This document shows positions 1-7,976 of a stretch of 32,000 nucleotides of DNA, piece by piece; the stretch's first letter is position 1; every line of letters starts with the position of its first letter. The stretch lies in contig NC_009776.1 of NCBI RefSeq assembly GCF_000017945.1, positions 240,001-272,000 on the forward strand, read 5' to 3'. Origin of the DNA: Ignicoccus hospitalis KIN4/I. Its GTDB lineage: Archaea; Thermoproteota; Thermoprotei_A; Sulfolobales; Ignicoccaceae. Both the position numbers and the translations under genes were made by a program. The notes under the pieces are model-generated. The model saw nothing but the letters and a program-made list of their open reading frames with translations. It did not search any database and was not told the DNA's origin.

Positions 1-719
1 GCCTCGTCGCCCCCTAAGTCCACAAGCAAGGGTCCCCGCCTCAACAACGGGTTGTCCGAAGACTCCCACAACACCTCGTCAACTGTGGTGGCCTCCAAGG
101 AGCCCGGGTAGGCGGCGGGCGCCCCGTGGACCTCCAAGACTGTGGGCTTGTGGACGTGGCCGAGCGCGTAGTACTTGTAGCCCTTGGGCAACAGGCCCTC
201 GTCCACACAGCTGAAGGGGAGCGCCCTGCACAGGCCTACGTGAAGGAGCAAGACGGAGTTCTTCTTAGGTTTGACCGCCCTCAAGCGCTCCAGGGGCCCC
301 CTCTTGGAGGGGGTGACGGCGTCGTCCCCGTAGAAGGTAAAGCCCTTGAGCTCGTACCCCTTGGCCCCCAGCTCCCCCCTGAGCAGCTTGGCCCCGGTCA
401 GCTCGCTCAAGTAAGCTATAGCTGGATATCCCCTCACCTTCGGTATGTCGTGGTCCCCGGCAACCATTATCACTTCTATGCCATTTTCCCTCAGCCTCCT
501 TACCCCTTCGACCGCGACCTTGAACGGCTTCATTGTGCTGTCCGGCACGGGGGTGTCGAACAAGTCTCCAGCTATTACGAGGGCGTCGGCCTTCTCCCTT
601 ATCGTGGCTTCCACCAAGTCTTCGAAGGCCTTGTAGAAGTCCTCCTCCCTCTCCTTCAAGCCGTACTGCCTCTTGCCCAAGTGGACGTCGGCGGCGTGGA
701 CGATCAGCAACGCGACCAC
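1..719 (-). CDS. mre11: Mre11/SbcD-family DNA repair nuclease, N-terminal 239 codons (3' part lies beyond the left edge)
   Basis: Absent from the ORF track because no stop lies in the window. My translation of the minus strand from GTG at 719 reads VVALLIVHAADVHLGKRQYG..ALVIAGDLFD..IMVAGDHD..LLLHVG..YYALGHVHK. These are calcineurin-type phosphoesterase motifs in Mre11 order. The frame stays open to position 3. Confidence 0.8.
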   Translation of the reverse strand, partial: MVALLIVHAADVHLGKRQYGLKEREEDFYKAFEDLVEATIREKADALVIAGDLFDTPVPDSTMKPFKVAVEGVRRLRENGIEVIMVAGDHDIPKVRGYPAIAYLSELTGAKLLRGELGAKGYELKGFTFYGDDAVTPSKRGPLERLRAVKPKKNSVLLLHVGLCRALPFSCVDEGLLPKGYKYYALGHVHKPTVLEVHGAPAAYPGSLEATTVDEVLWESSDNPLLRRGPLLVDLGGDE

Positions 720-762
720 CCTTGAGGGCTCGCCCGGGGATAACTACCTCACTCGCCTCGGC

Positions 763-1122
763 TTACCTCGATCCGCTCACGGCCCTCCGGTAGCAGCCCC
801 ACAGCCCTAAAAGCGCCAGCGCGAGGGAGAGGGCCAAGAGGGGCACGTGCTGGAGGGCGAGCTTGGGCAGAGTGCCGTAAGGGGTGATCACGCTCCTAGA
901 GACCCTCCCGGTCAAGTAGCTGCCGAACGAGGCGGTTAGGCACCAGACGTCCTTGTCCTTGAGGAGGCCCCAAAGGAGGGCCAACGAAATGCCCGCGTAG
1001 ACCAAGTTCTCGACGAACAAGAAGAAGGGGAACGTCTTTATTACTCCAATGACGTGAGCTACGTCTATTCCTATGAAGCTTAAGAAGAGCAAGATCAAGA
1101 CGGCAGACGAAGGCCCCTTCAC
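763..1122 (-). CDS. small integral membrane protein, family not recognised
   Basis: 119-aa ORF with a GTG start 2 nt after the aroD stop. Hydrophobic segments include AVLILLFLSFIGI, FPFFLFVENLVYAGISLALLWGLL and VPLLALSLALALLGLWG. Confidence 0.55.
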   Translation of the reverse strand: MKGPSSAVLILLFLSFIGIDVAHVIGVIKTFPFFLFVENLVYAGISLALLWGLLKDKDVWCLTASFGSYLTGRVSRSVITPYGTLPKLALQHVPLLALSLALALLGLWGCYRRAVSGSR

Positions 1123-1124
1123 GG

Positions 1125-1772
1125 TCAGTCCCCGCGCCCCCCAAGGGCGCTCAAGGCTTTTGTCAGTTGACGGACGCTCACTTGGCCCGGGGCGGTGGCC
1201 TCCCCCACGCTCCCGTAGTTCAAGAAGCTGCCCAGCAGAGCCGACGCCAACCTCAAGGCCTCCGTCCCCTCGCCCATAGGCATGAAGGCCGTCCTGGGGT
1301 GCACGCTCTCGCTGAACAACAAGAAGTACGACGGAAAGTCCGTCACTACCGTAGCTACCTTAAAAGCCCACGCCCCCGCCTCCAGTGCCCTCTGGGAGAG
1401 CTTCCTTACCTCCCCCTCCCGGGGAGGCTTCCGGAAGTAGTGGACGGAGAGGATCGCCCTATCGCAAGGGAGTTCCTTAAACTTCTTAACCTCCACGTCG
1501 CAGACCGCTCCGGCCTCCGAGGCCATCTCGTAGGCCTCCCCCCTCCAAGGAGGGGACCAGACCCCTCCCTCCTCCGGGTCCCTGACCGTAACTATCACGT
1601 CTAAGCCGTAGTTCCTTGCCAACTCTATCATTTCCAAGAACGGGGGCGTCTCCTTGCGGGTCCAATAGTCCAACCTGAGCTCCACGAAGTCCGCTCCGGC
1701 GGCGGCCGACTTAATTATAAGCTTCTTAACTTGCCCTAAGTCGGTAAACGGTATGGACGCCACCGCGTACAC
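1125..1772 (-). CDS. aroD: 3-dehydroquinate dehydratase, type I
   Basis: 215-aa ORF. GADFVELRLDYW and WAFKVATVV (Schiff-base Lys context) match the type I DHQase pattern. GTG start; an alternative GTG lies at 1763. Confidence 0.8.
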   Translation of the reverse strand: MYAVASIPFTDLGQVKKLIIKSAAAGADFVELRLDYWTRKETPPFLEMIELARNYGLDVIVTVRDPEEGGVWSPPWRGEAYEMASEAGAVCDVEVKKFKELPCDRAILSVHYFRKPPREGEVRKLSQRALEAGAWAFKVATVVTDFPSYFLLFSESVHPRTAFMPMGEGTEALRLASALLGSFLNYGSVGEATAPGQVSVRQLTKALSALGGRGD

Positions 1773-2259
1773 GGGGGACCCCTGGGAGGCGGTTAGGGAC
1801 AGCGCTCGATATTATTCTGCGATAGCCAAGGGTTACGACGAGCTCTACGGAGAGGAGCAAGAGAAAAAGTATGCCGTTGGTTTAAAGATGCTTAAGCCGT
1901 CAAAGAGGGTTTTAGACGTGGGGTGCGGCACGGCCTTACTGCTGAAGCACGTGGAAGGCATATACGTAGGCTTGGACGTGAGCAAGGGAATGTTGGAGGA
2001 GGCCGTGAAGAAGAGGGGCGACCGTCCGGCGGACTTCGTCTTGGGGGACGCCCGGAGCTTGCCTTTCAGGAGCAAGTCCTTCGATACGTGCTACAGCTTC
2101 ACGATGCTCCAGAACGTGCCCGAGCCCGAGAGGGCCCTCGAGGAGATCGCTAGGACGTGTCGCAAGGCCGTTGTGAGCTCCTTGAATGGGAAGGGCTTAG
2201 GCTTTGGGAAGTGCGAGGAGGCGAGGCCGGACTTGGTGTGCTTAGTCGTCGATGAGTAG
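1753..2259 (+). CDS. class I SAM-dependent methyltransferase (Methyltransf_11-like)
   Basis: 168 aa. SAM motif I VLDVGCGTALLL, then DFVLGDARSLPF and the acidic-loop pattern of UbiE/small-molecule methyltransferases. The ATG start overlaps the aroD 5' end. Confidence 0.75.
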   Translation: MDATAYTGDPWEAVRDSARYYSAIAKGYDELYGEEQEKKYAVGLKMLKPSKRVLDVGCGTALLLKHVEGIYVGLDVSKGMLEEAVKKRGDRPADFVLGDARSLPFRSKSFDTCYSFTMLQNVPEPERALEEIARTCRKAVVSSLNGKGLGFGKCEEARPDLVCLVVDE

Positions 2260-2436
2260 CTCGTCCCCCTTCCTTATTATCTTGTCCCCGCTGGAGAGGG
2301 CCTCTTTAAGCATCTCCTCGAACTCCTTTTGGGTTATGTTGGGCTCCCTCGCCTTTACGTATTCGTATACGGACTTGACGTCAGCCTTCCCGTCGAGGGA
2401 GAGGAGGGCCTCTAACAATAAGTTCTTCTTCAACAA
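2242..2436 (-). CDS. small hypothetical protein (64 aa), translationally coupled to hflX
   Basis: The TTG start overlaps the hflX stop by 7 nt. Charged helical sequence KSVYEYVKAREPNITQKEFEEMLKEAL. No family recognised. Confidence 0.45.
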   Translation of the reverse strand: MLKKNLLLEALLSLDGKADVKSVYEYVKAREPNITQKEFEEMLKEALSSGDKIIRKGDELLIDD

Positions 2437-3548
2437 GCCCCCTTCCCGCAGACGTTAGTCTCCGGTTCTTTTATATTCCGGGCTCCCCGCGCGGCCAACA
2501 CGCTTTCTATTACGAGACGCCTCAAGTTGGTCCCCTTCTTCGCGGATATGGGAACGGTCCCCCATGTCCAAGGGTATAGGCTCCTCGCCCAGTCGTCCAC
2601 TTCCAAGACCTTCTCTTCGTAGTCGTCCACCAAGTCTATTTTGTTGAACGCTATTACCAAGGGCTTCCCAATGAAGCCTATCTCCGCCAAAGTAGCCAAG
2701 CTGCTCTCGAGCTTGTCCAACGCCCTGCTCAGCTCCTCGCTCCCGTCGAGGACCAAGACGGCGGCGTCGGAATAAGTTATCTCGGCGAGCGTCGCGTGGA
2801 AGACCTCCAGTATCTGCGGCGGTATGCCCTCTATGAAGCCGACCGTATCAATGAATATAGCCTCGTACAAGCCGTTCTCGTACACGCTCACCCTCACGTG
2901 CTTGGGGGCCAAGGTGGTGAACATCTCAGGCCCTTCCTTCAAGTTAAGCTTGCCCAGCGCGTTGACCAGAGCGGTCTTCCCCGCGCACGTGTAGCCGGTT
3001 ACCGCCACCTCCGGCACGCGCAAGCGCTTCACTCTGCGGAGCTTCTGTTGTTCCCTCATCGTCCTTATCTTTTCGAGCTCTTCCTCTATCTTCTTTATCC
3101 TCCTTTTTATTGCCTTTATGACGTACTTGGCCGCGTACTCGCCCGGGCCCAAGAAGTCCACTTGCTCGCCCATCTTCACTCTCCTTACGTACTCCCTCGC
3201 CAACGTCAGTTCGTACTTCAGCCTGGCCAGCTCCGTTTGGAGCTTGGCCTCCTTGCTCCCGGCGTGGAGTTCGAAAATCTTCAGTATCAAGCTGGTGCGG
3301 TCGACGACCTCCACGCCCAGCTCCTTCTTGAGCCTGTAGAACTGGGAGGGCTTGGGGTTCCCGTAAACTATTACTGCCTCTGCCCCGCCCTCCTTAATTG
3401 TAGCCTTCAGCTCCTCCAGCTTCCCCGGCGTTATGTAAGTGGCCGGGTGCGGCTTCTTACAGAAGTTAACGGTAGCGACCACCTCGTAGCCCGCGGTCTC
3501 GCAGAGGGCCAAGGCCTCTTGGAAGTCAGCCCTCTTCTTACAAGCCAC
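2430..3548 (-). CDS. hflX: GTPase HflX
   Basis: 372 aa. HflX N-domain pattern (TYITPGKLEELK, coiled LQTELARLKYEL) followed by a G domain: G1 GYTCAGKT, G3 DTVGF, G4 NKID. Confidence 0.85.
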   Translation of the reverse strand: MACKKRADFQEALALCETAGYEVVATVNFCKKPHPATYITPGKLEELKATIKEGGAEAVIVYGNPKPSQFYRLKKELGVEVVDRTSLILKIFELHAGSKEAKLQTELARLKYELTLAREYVRRVKMGEQVDFLGPGEYAAKYVIKAIKRRIKKIEEELEKIRTMREQQKLRRVKRLRVPEVAVTGYTCAGKTALVNALGKLNLKEGPEMFTTLAPKHVRVSVYENGLYEAIFIDTVGFIEGIPPQILEVFHATLAEITYSDAAVLVLDGSEELSRALDKLESSLATLAEIGFIGKPLVIAFNKIDLVDDYEEKVLEVDDWARSLYPWTWGTVPISAKKGTNLRRLVIESVLAARGARNIKEPETNVCGKGAC

Positions 3549-3638
3549 GAGAGCCGCCTTCGAGCGAAACCACCCGCGGGCGCTCCCTTTAGCCTCTTTA
3601 AGTTATCGCCCCGGGCGGCCCGCGGACCTTGAAGGTAC

Positions 3639-3645
3639 TTAAATA
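3639..3645 (+). promoter_or_regulatory. candidate TATA box of the S19e-to-aIF6 operon
   Basis: ttaaata lies 34-40 nt upstream of the TTG start at 3679, in the only AT-rich patch of the 130-nt intergenic region. Confidence 0.35.
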
Positions 3646-3678
3646 GCTCGGCCGGAGGGTCGCCGGGGTAGCTAAGGC

Positions 3679-4146
3679 TTGATCACGCCGAGGGAAGTGC
3701 CTCCGGAGAGGTTCAACCAGAGGTTGGCTATGTACTTGAAGGAGAGGTTCCCCGAGATCAGGCCCCCGGAGTGGGCCATGTACGCGAAGACCGGCTGCTT
3801 CAAGGACAGACCCCCCTTGGACGAGGACTGGTGGTACTACAGGGCGGCGAGCATACTGAGGAAGCTGTACCTCGCCGGGAGGCCTCTCGGTATAGAGACG
3901 TTCAGGACGATCTACGGCGGCCGCCAGAGGAGGGGGGTCGCCCCTCCGCACTTCAGGAAGGCAGGGGGCTCCCACATAAGGAAGATACTCCAACAGCTGG
4001 AGAAGGCCGGCTTGGTGAAGAAGGTAAAGGGCCAAGGGAGGGTCCTAACCCCCGCCGGGAGGAGCGTGCTCGACCACGTGGCCTACTTCACCTTCCAAGA
4101 AATAGCCGAAGAGATGGCCGAGCTCAAGAAGTACGCCGAGAGGTGA
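3679..4146 (+). CDS. rps19e: 30S ribosomal protein S19e
   Basis: 155 aa. PPEWAMYAKTG..DWWYYRAASILRKLYL..YGG..RRG..P.HF.KAGGSHIRKILQQLEKAG is the eS19 pattern. Confidence 0.9.
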   Translation: MITPREVPPERFNQRLAMYLKERFPEIRPPEWAMYAKTGCFKDRPPLDEDWWYYRAASILRKLYLAGRPLGIETFRTIYGGRQRRGVAPPHFRKAGGSHIRKILQQLEKAGLVKKVKGQGRVLTPAGRSVLDHVAYFTFQEIAEEMAELKKYAER

Positions 4147-4150
4147 GAGT

Positions 4151-4501
4151 ATGAGCTTCGACGACAGGGAGCTTGAGGAAATAAGGAAGAAGAAGTTAAT
4201 GGAGCTGCAAAAGCGTATGGAAGAGGAGAGGAAGGCGGAAGAACTGAGGAAGAAGCAGCAGCTGGTGAAGGAGACTATACTGAAGAGCATACTGACCAGC
4301 GAGGCCCGCGCGAGGCTGGCTAACGTCAAGCTCGTGAGGCCCGAGCTCGCGGAGCAAGTGGAGAACTACCTAATAGCCCTCGCCCAGGCCGGGAGGATCG
4401 CCAGGCCCCTCACGGACGCGGAGGTAAAGGAAATATTGGCCCGGCTGGCGGGCGAGACGCGCAGAGAAGGGAGGATAAACATAAAGGAGAGGGGGTGGTG
4501 A
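4151..4501 (+). CDS. PDCD5/TFAR19-type DNA-binding protein
   Basis: 116 aa. [45 protein letters not shown] matches the family. It sits in the conserved position between S19e and L39e. Confidence 0.85.
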   Translation: MSFDDRELEEIRKKKLMELQKRMEEERKAEELRKKQQLVKETILKSILTSEARARLANVKLVRPELAEQVENYLIALAQAGRIARPLTDAEVKEILARLAGETRREGRINIKERGW

Positions 4502-4503
4502 GG

Positions 4504-4662
4504 GTGGCCCATTACAAGCACGTGGCCAAGAAGATTAGGCTAGGCAAGAAGACTAAGCAGAACAGGGCCCTCCCCGCGTGGGTTATATTAAAGACCCGCA
4601 GGAGGGTTACCCGGAACCCCATGAGGAGGTATTGGAGGAGGCAAAAGATAAAGAACGTCTGA
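4504..4662 (+). CDS. rpl39e: 50S ribosomal protein L39e
   Basis: Too short for the ORF track. GTG at 4504 gives [52 protein letters not shown] (52 aa) with stop TGA at 4660-4662. Synteny is S19e-PDCD5-L39e-L31e. Confidence 0.8.
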   Translation: MAHYKHVAKKIRLGKKTKQNRALPAWVILKTRRRVTRNPMRRYWRRQKIKNV

Positions 4663-4663
4663 G

Positions 4664-4978
4664 GTGATGGGCGTGCCCAAGGAAAAGGACGGCGTAATTT
4701 ATACAATAAACTTGAGGAGGCTCTACTGGGGAAGGAGGAGCAACAGGGCCAAGAGGGCCGTGAGGATGGTTAGGGAGTTCGTGGCCAGACACTTCGGAGT
4801 GGAGCCGGAGGACGTGAAGATAGACAACACCGTGAACAACTACTTGTGGAGCGGGAGCATCACCAAGCCCCCGGCCAGGGTGCAAGTGTACGTCACCGTC
4901 AAGACCGAGTCCGGCGAGGAAGGCGAGAGGAAGGTAGCCTACGTCACCCTCGCTAACGTAAAGGACGTGGAGGACTGA
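4664..4978 (+). CDS. rpl31e: 50S ribosomal protein L31e
   Basis: 104 aa. YTINLRRLYWGRRSNRAKRAVRMVREFVARH is the eL31 pattern. Confidence 0.9.
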   Translation: MMGVPKEKDGVIYTINLRRLYWGRRSNRAKRAVRMVREFVARHFGVEPEDVKIDNTVNNYLWSGSITKPPARVQVYVTVKTESGEEGERKVAYVTLANVKDVED

Positions 4979-4984
4979 AGCGAC

Positions 4985-5656
4985 ATGAACTTCGACGTAG
5001 TCCCCATATCCATTTTTGGGAACCCGAATATTGGCGTGTACATGTTCGCCAACGACGACTTCGCCCTAATTCCGCCCGGGGTGAAGGAGGACGTCGTTAA
5101 GAAGGTAGAGAGCGCGCTCAAAGTGACTGTCGTCGAGGCGAAGGTAGCCGACAGCACCCTCCTAGGCCTCTTCGTTAACGGAAACAACCACGCCTTGGTG
5201 GTCCCTTCAATAATAAAGGAGTATGAATTAGAGAACTTAAAAAGAGAGTTGGACTTGCCCATAAAGGTCGTATACAGCAAACTCACCGCAATGGGTAACG
5301 TGATACTCTGCAACGACAAGTTCGCCCTCTTCCATCCCGAAATGAGCAACTGGGTTAAGGACGTAACCGAGGTCCTCGGGGTCCCGGGCGAGACCGGGAC
5401 CATAGCGGGGGTCCCCACCGTGGGCTCGGTGGCGGTGATAAACGACAAGGGAGGTTTGGTCCACCCGGACGCCAGCGACGAGGAGCTGAACGAGCTGGAG
5501 AAGAAGTTCCAAGTGGTGTTGGACATAGGAACGGTGAACTACGGCGTGCCCTACGTTAAGACGGGCCTCGTGGCCAACAACAAAGGGGCGGTCGTGGGCG
5601 ACCTTACCACGGGCGTAGAAATGGCGAGGGTAGCTAGGGCCCTCTCTGGCGAATAA
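4985..5656 (+). CDS. eif6: translation initiation factor 6 (aIF6)
   Basis: 223 aa. IFGNPNIGVYMFANDDFALIP plus the pentameric repeat pattern with GNVILCND and GSVAVINDKG. Confidence 0.9.
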   Translation: MNFDVVPISIFGNPNIGVYMFANDDFALIPPGVKEDVVKKVESALKVTVVEAKVADSTLLGLFVNGNNHALVVPSIIKEYELENLKRELDLPIKVVYSKLTAMGNVILCNDKFALFHPEMSNWVKDVTEVLGVPGETGTIAGVPTVGSVAVINDKGGLVHPDASDEELNELEKKFQVVLDIGTVNYGVPYVKTGLVANNKGAVVGDLTTGVEMARVARALSGE

Positions 5657-5697
5657 TTTACCTAAAGCCCGCCCCCGACTCGTGGGGAAATAACTCC

Positions 5698-6765
5698 TTG
5701 GAAGGGATAATACTGGCCGCTGGGAAGGGGAGCAGGCTGAGGCCCTTAACGCTCACCGTGCCCAAGCCGTTGATCCCCGTGGCCGGGAAGCCCTTGGTTC
5801 AGTACGGCATAGAGCAGCTGAGGGGGGTGGGCGTTGAGAGGGCCGTGGTGGTGGTCGGCTGGCTGGGCGAGCTCTTCAAGGAGGTCTTGGGGGACGGGAG
5901 CGCCCTGGGGATGAGGTTCGAGTACGTGCTCCAACCCAAGAGGCTCGGGGTGGCACACGCGATACACACGGCGATAGTTAACGCGAACGTGAGGTCCCCC
6001 TTCCTAGTCTACTTCGGGGACAACGTGTTTGACGACGAGTGGGTAAAGAAGTTCAACTCGGTTGACGAGGAGTTCGACGCGTTCGTGGTGCTCGCCAAGG
6101 TAGAGGACCCGAGGCGCTTCGGGGTGCCAGTAATCGAGTCCGGGAGGATAGTTAAGTTCGTGGAGAAGCCCGAGAGGCCCCCCTCCAACTACGCCCTGAC
6201 CGGCCTCTACGCCTTCAGAGATCCGGAGCAGTACGAGAGCTGCTTCTCGGAGCTCAAGCCCTCGTGGCGGGGCGAGTACGAGATAACCGACTTGTTGAAC
6301 TGTTACATAAGGAGGGGTTACGACGTCAAGTACGCCGTGGTGGAGGGCTGGTGGAAGGACACCGGGGTCCCGGAGGACCTTATCGAAGCTATGAAGTTTA
6401 TCTTGGAGAAGAAGTTGATCCACAAAGTGGAGGGGTCGGTGGAGGGCGAGGTGGTGGGGAAGGTTTACGTGGCGAGGGGGGCGACCGTGGAGGGGAGGCT
6501 CGTGGGCCCGGCCTACGTGGGCCCCGGCGCGGAGGTGAGGGGCTCCGCGGGCCCGTTCGTGGACGTGGAGGAGGGCTCGGTTGCAGAGGGCTCTTTCGTA
6601 GAATCCTTAATCCTCAAGGGATCTAAAGTTTTGATGAGGGGAGGCGCGACCTTGAAGAGGAGCGTGGTGGGGGACTACTCCAACATAGAGGTGGACGCCC
6701 CAGTGAGCTTAGAGGACGCGCTGTTCGCCTCTGAGAGCGCCCTTAAGGTGGGGCGCCTTGACTAG
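5698..6765 (+). CDS. sugar-phosphate nucleotidyltransferase (glucose-1-phosphate thymidylyl/uridylyl-transferase family) with C-terminal hexapeptide beta-helix
   Basis: 355 aa with a TTG start. LAAGKGSRLRPLT signature, FGVP..VEKP, and a C-terminal repeat region VEGEVVGKVYVARGATVEGRLVGPAYVGPGAEVRG. Confidence 0.85.
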   Translation: MEGIILAAGKGSRLRPLTLTVPKPLIPVAGKPLVQYGIEQLRGVGVERAVVVVGWLGELFKEVLGDGSALGMRFEYVLQPKRLGVAHAIHTAIVNANVRSPFLVYFGDNVFDDEWVKKFNSVDEEFDAFVVLAKVEDPRRFGVPVIESGRIVKFVEKPERPPSNYALTGLYAFRDPEQYESCFSELKPSWRGEYEITDLLNCYIRRGYDVKYAVVEGWWKDTGVPEDLIEAMKFILEKKLIHKVEGSVEGEVVGKVYVARGATVEGRLVGPAYVGPGAEVRGSAGPFVDVEEGSVAEGSFVESLILKGSKVLMRGGATLKRSVVGDYSNIEVDAPVSLEDALFASESALKVGRLD

Positions 6766-6996
6766 CTTCACCTTGCCCCCCTCCAGCCTCACCACCCCGT
6801 CCTCCGCGAGCTCCTTAACCGCTCCCTCTATGCAGCTCAAGAGCCCCTCCTCCGTGACCTCCGGCGCGTAGCAGTCTGCCACGTAAGCCTCCGCGGGCGC
6901 CAGGCCGGCGCTCATCAGCCTCAACAAGTCCACGCTCGCCTCCCCGCCCAACTTCTCCAACGTGTACACTACCCACTCCTTCGAGTAGAGCCTCAA
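6709..6996 (-). CDS. small hypothetical protein, possibly winged-helix-like
   Basis: This is the C-terminal 96 codons of the 222-aa track ORF, taken from the in-frame TTG at 6996. The longer version would overlap S26e. Sequence VYTLEKLGGEASVDLLRL...ELAEDGVVRLEGGKVKLV. The 3' end overlaps the nucleotidyltransferase gene by 57 nt. Confidence 0.35.
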   Translation of the reverse strand: MRLYSKEWVVYTLEKLGGEASVDLLRLMSAGLAPAEAYVADCYAPEVTEEGLLSCIEGAVKELAEDGVVRLEGGKVKLVKAPHLKGALRGEQRVL

Positions 6997-7077
6997 GCCC
7001 TCTCCCCTAAGGCGACGTAGGGCTCCCGCTCCTTTTGTCCCGGAAGGGAGGGACGAAAGTACTCCCTCGGAGGAACC

Positions 7078-7085
7078 TTTAAATT
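7078..7085 (+). promoter_or_regulatory. candidate TATA box for rps26e
   Basis: tttaaatt lies 35-42 nt upstream of the TTG at 7120. Confidence 0.35.
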
Positions 7086-7119
7086 CCCGCGTTTGGAGCC
7101 TTCCGCGAGGGAGGGGCGC

Positions 7120-7404
7120 TTGCCTAAGAAGAGGGAGAACCGTGGAAGGCATAAGGGCGACAAGGGCAAGACCGGCACGATACAGTGTGACAACTGCGGC
7201 AGGATAGTGCCGGCCGACAAGGCGATATGCGTTACCAGGTGGCACAGCCCAGTTGACCCCCAGCTCGCCAGGGAGCTCGAGAAGAAGGGCGCTATAATAC
7301 CGAGGTACAAGATAACTAAGTGCTACTGCATCAGCTGCGCAGTGCACTTGGGTATAGTTAAGGTGAGGCCCGAGCACGAGCGCAAGAGGAGGGGCCTCTA
7401 CTAG
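7120..7404 (+). CDS. rps26e: 30S ribosomal protein S26e
   Basis: (L)PKKRENRGRHKGDKGKTGTIQCDNCGRIVPADKAI...YCISCAVH is the eS26 pattern. The track ORF starts at TTG 7093. The family N-terminus and the TATA position favour the in-frame TTG at 7120. Confidence 0.85.
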   Translation: MPKKRENRGRHKGDKGKTGTIQCDNCGRIVPADKAICVTRWHSPVDPQLARELEKKGAIIPRYKITKCYCISCAVHLGIVKVRPEHERKRRGLY

Positions 7405-7406
7405 CT

Positions 7407-7976
7407 TTGAGGACCTTCGTCACCCGCTCTCTTACCGCGACCACTTCCCCCGCCTTCCCCAAGAGGGGGATAGCCTCCCACACCGGGAGGCTGGACGTGA
7501 TAGCGAGGATGCTGAGGGCGGCCTTGTGGACGGAGAGGGGCGTAAGGAAGGACTCCTCTTTCTTTGTCACCTTGGAGGGCCCCCCTAACCCTCCGCTCAC
7601 CTTGAGGTTCAAGGGACCCGAGCTCGAGGCGGACTTGAGCGACGAGAGGGCGGCCGTGGAGGCGATAAGGAAGTGTATGTTAGGCGAGCTCAAGGGCTGT
7701 AAGAGGACGAAGGAGAGTTTCGAGGAGGTGCTCAAGAGCTTGGGGATGAAGGTTTACGTCCTCTCCGAGGACGGGGAGGACGTGTGGTCCTTCGAGTTCC
7801 CGAAGTCCGCGGCCTTCCTCTTGGGCTCCCAGCACGACCTGGAGCTCCCTCCTTGGCTGGAGGCGGAGAGGGTTTCCTTGGGCCCCAAGAGCTACTTGGC
7901 CTCCCACTGCATCTACTACTTGCACTACGTCTTGGACCTCAAGCTCGACCCCAGCCCCCGGCGCCCGGGGTCATGA
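7407..7976 (+). CDS. trmY: tRNA (pseudouridine54-N1)-methyltransferase TrmY (SPOUT, DUF358)
   Basis: 189 aa with a TTG start 2 nt after the S26e stop. GRLDVIARMLRAAL, GPPNPP and SLGPKSYLASHCI match the TrmY pattern as I remember it. Confidence 0.7.
   Translation: MRTFVTRSLTATTSPAFPKRGIASHTGRLDVIARMLRAALWTERGVRKDSSFFVTLEGPPNPPLTLRFKGPELEADLSDERAAVEAIRKCMLGELKGCKRTKESFEEVLKSLGMKVYVLSEDGEDVWSFEFPKSAAFLLGSQHDLELPPWLEAERVSLGPKSYLASHCIYYLHYVLDLKLDPSPRRPGS

Noticed and set aside
126-725. 199-aa plus-strand ORF at the left edge
   Set aside because: It is the antisense shadow of the mre11 frame. The minus strand carries clear phosphoesterase motifs, while this translation is low-complexity and rich in L, V, G, Q and P.
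2796-3632. 278-aa plus-strand ORF
   Set aside because: It is antisense to hflX, whose G-domain motifs are unambiguous. Its composition is Leu/Arg/Pro-rich, typical of shadow frames.
3662-3677. gccggggtagctaagg, resembling a tRNA 5' end and D-arm
   Set aside because: No complementary acceptor 3' strand lies within 90 nt, and the sequence runs into the well-supported S19e coding region.
6997-7377. Upstream 127 codons of the 222-aa minus-strand ORF
   Set aside because: They overlap rps26e on the opposite strand. Only the distal 96 codons are kept, as a low-confidence gene.
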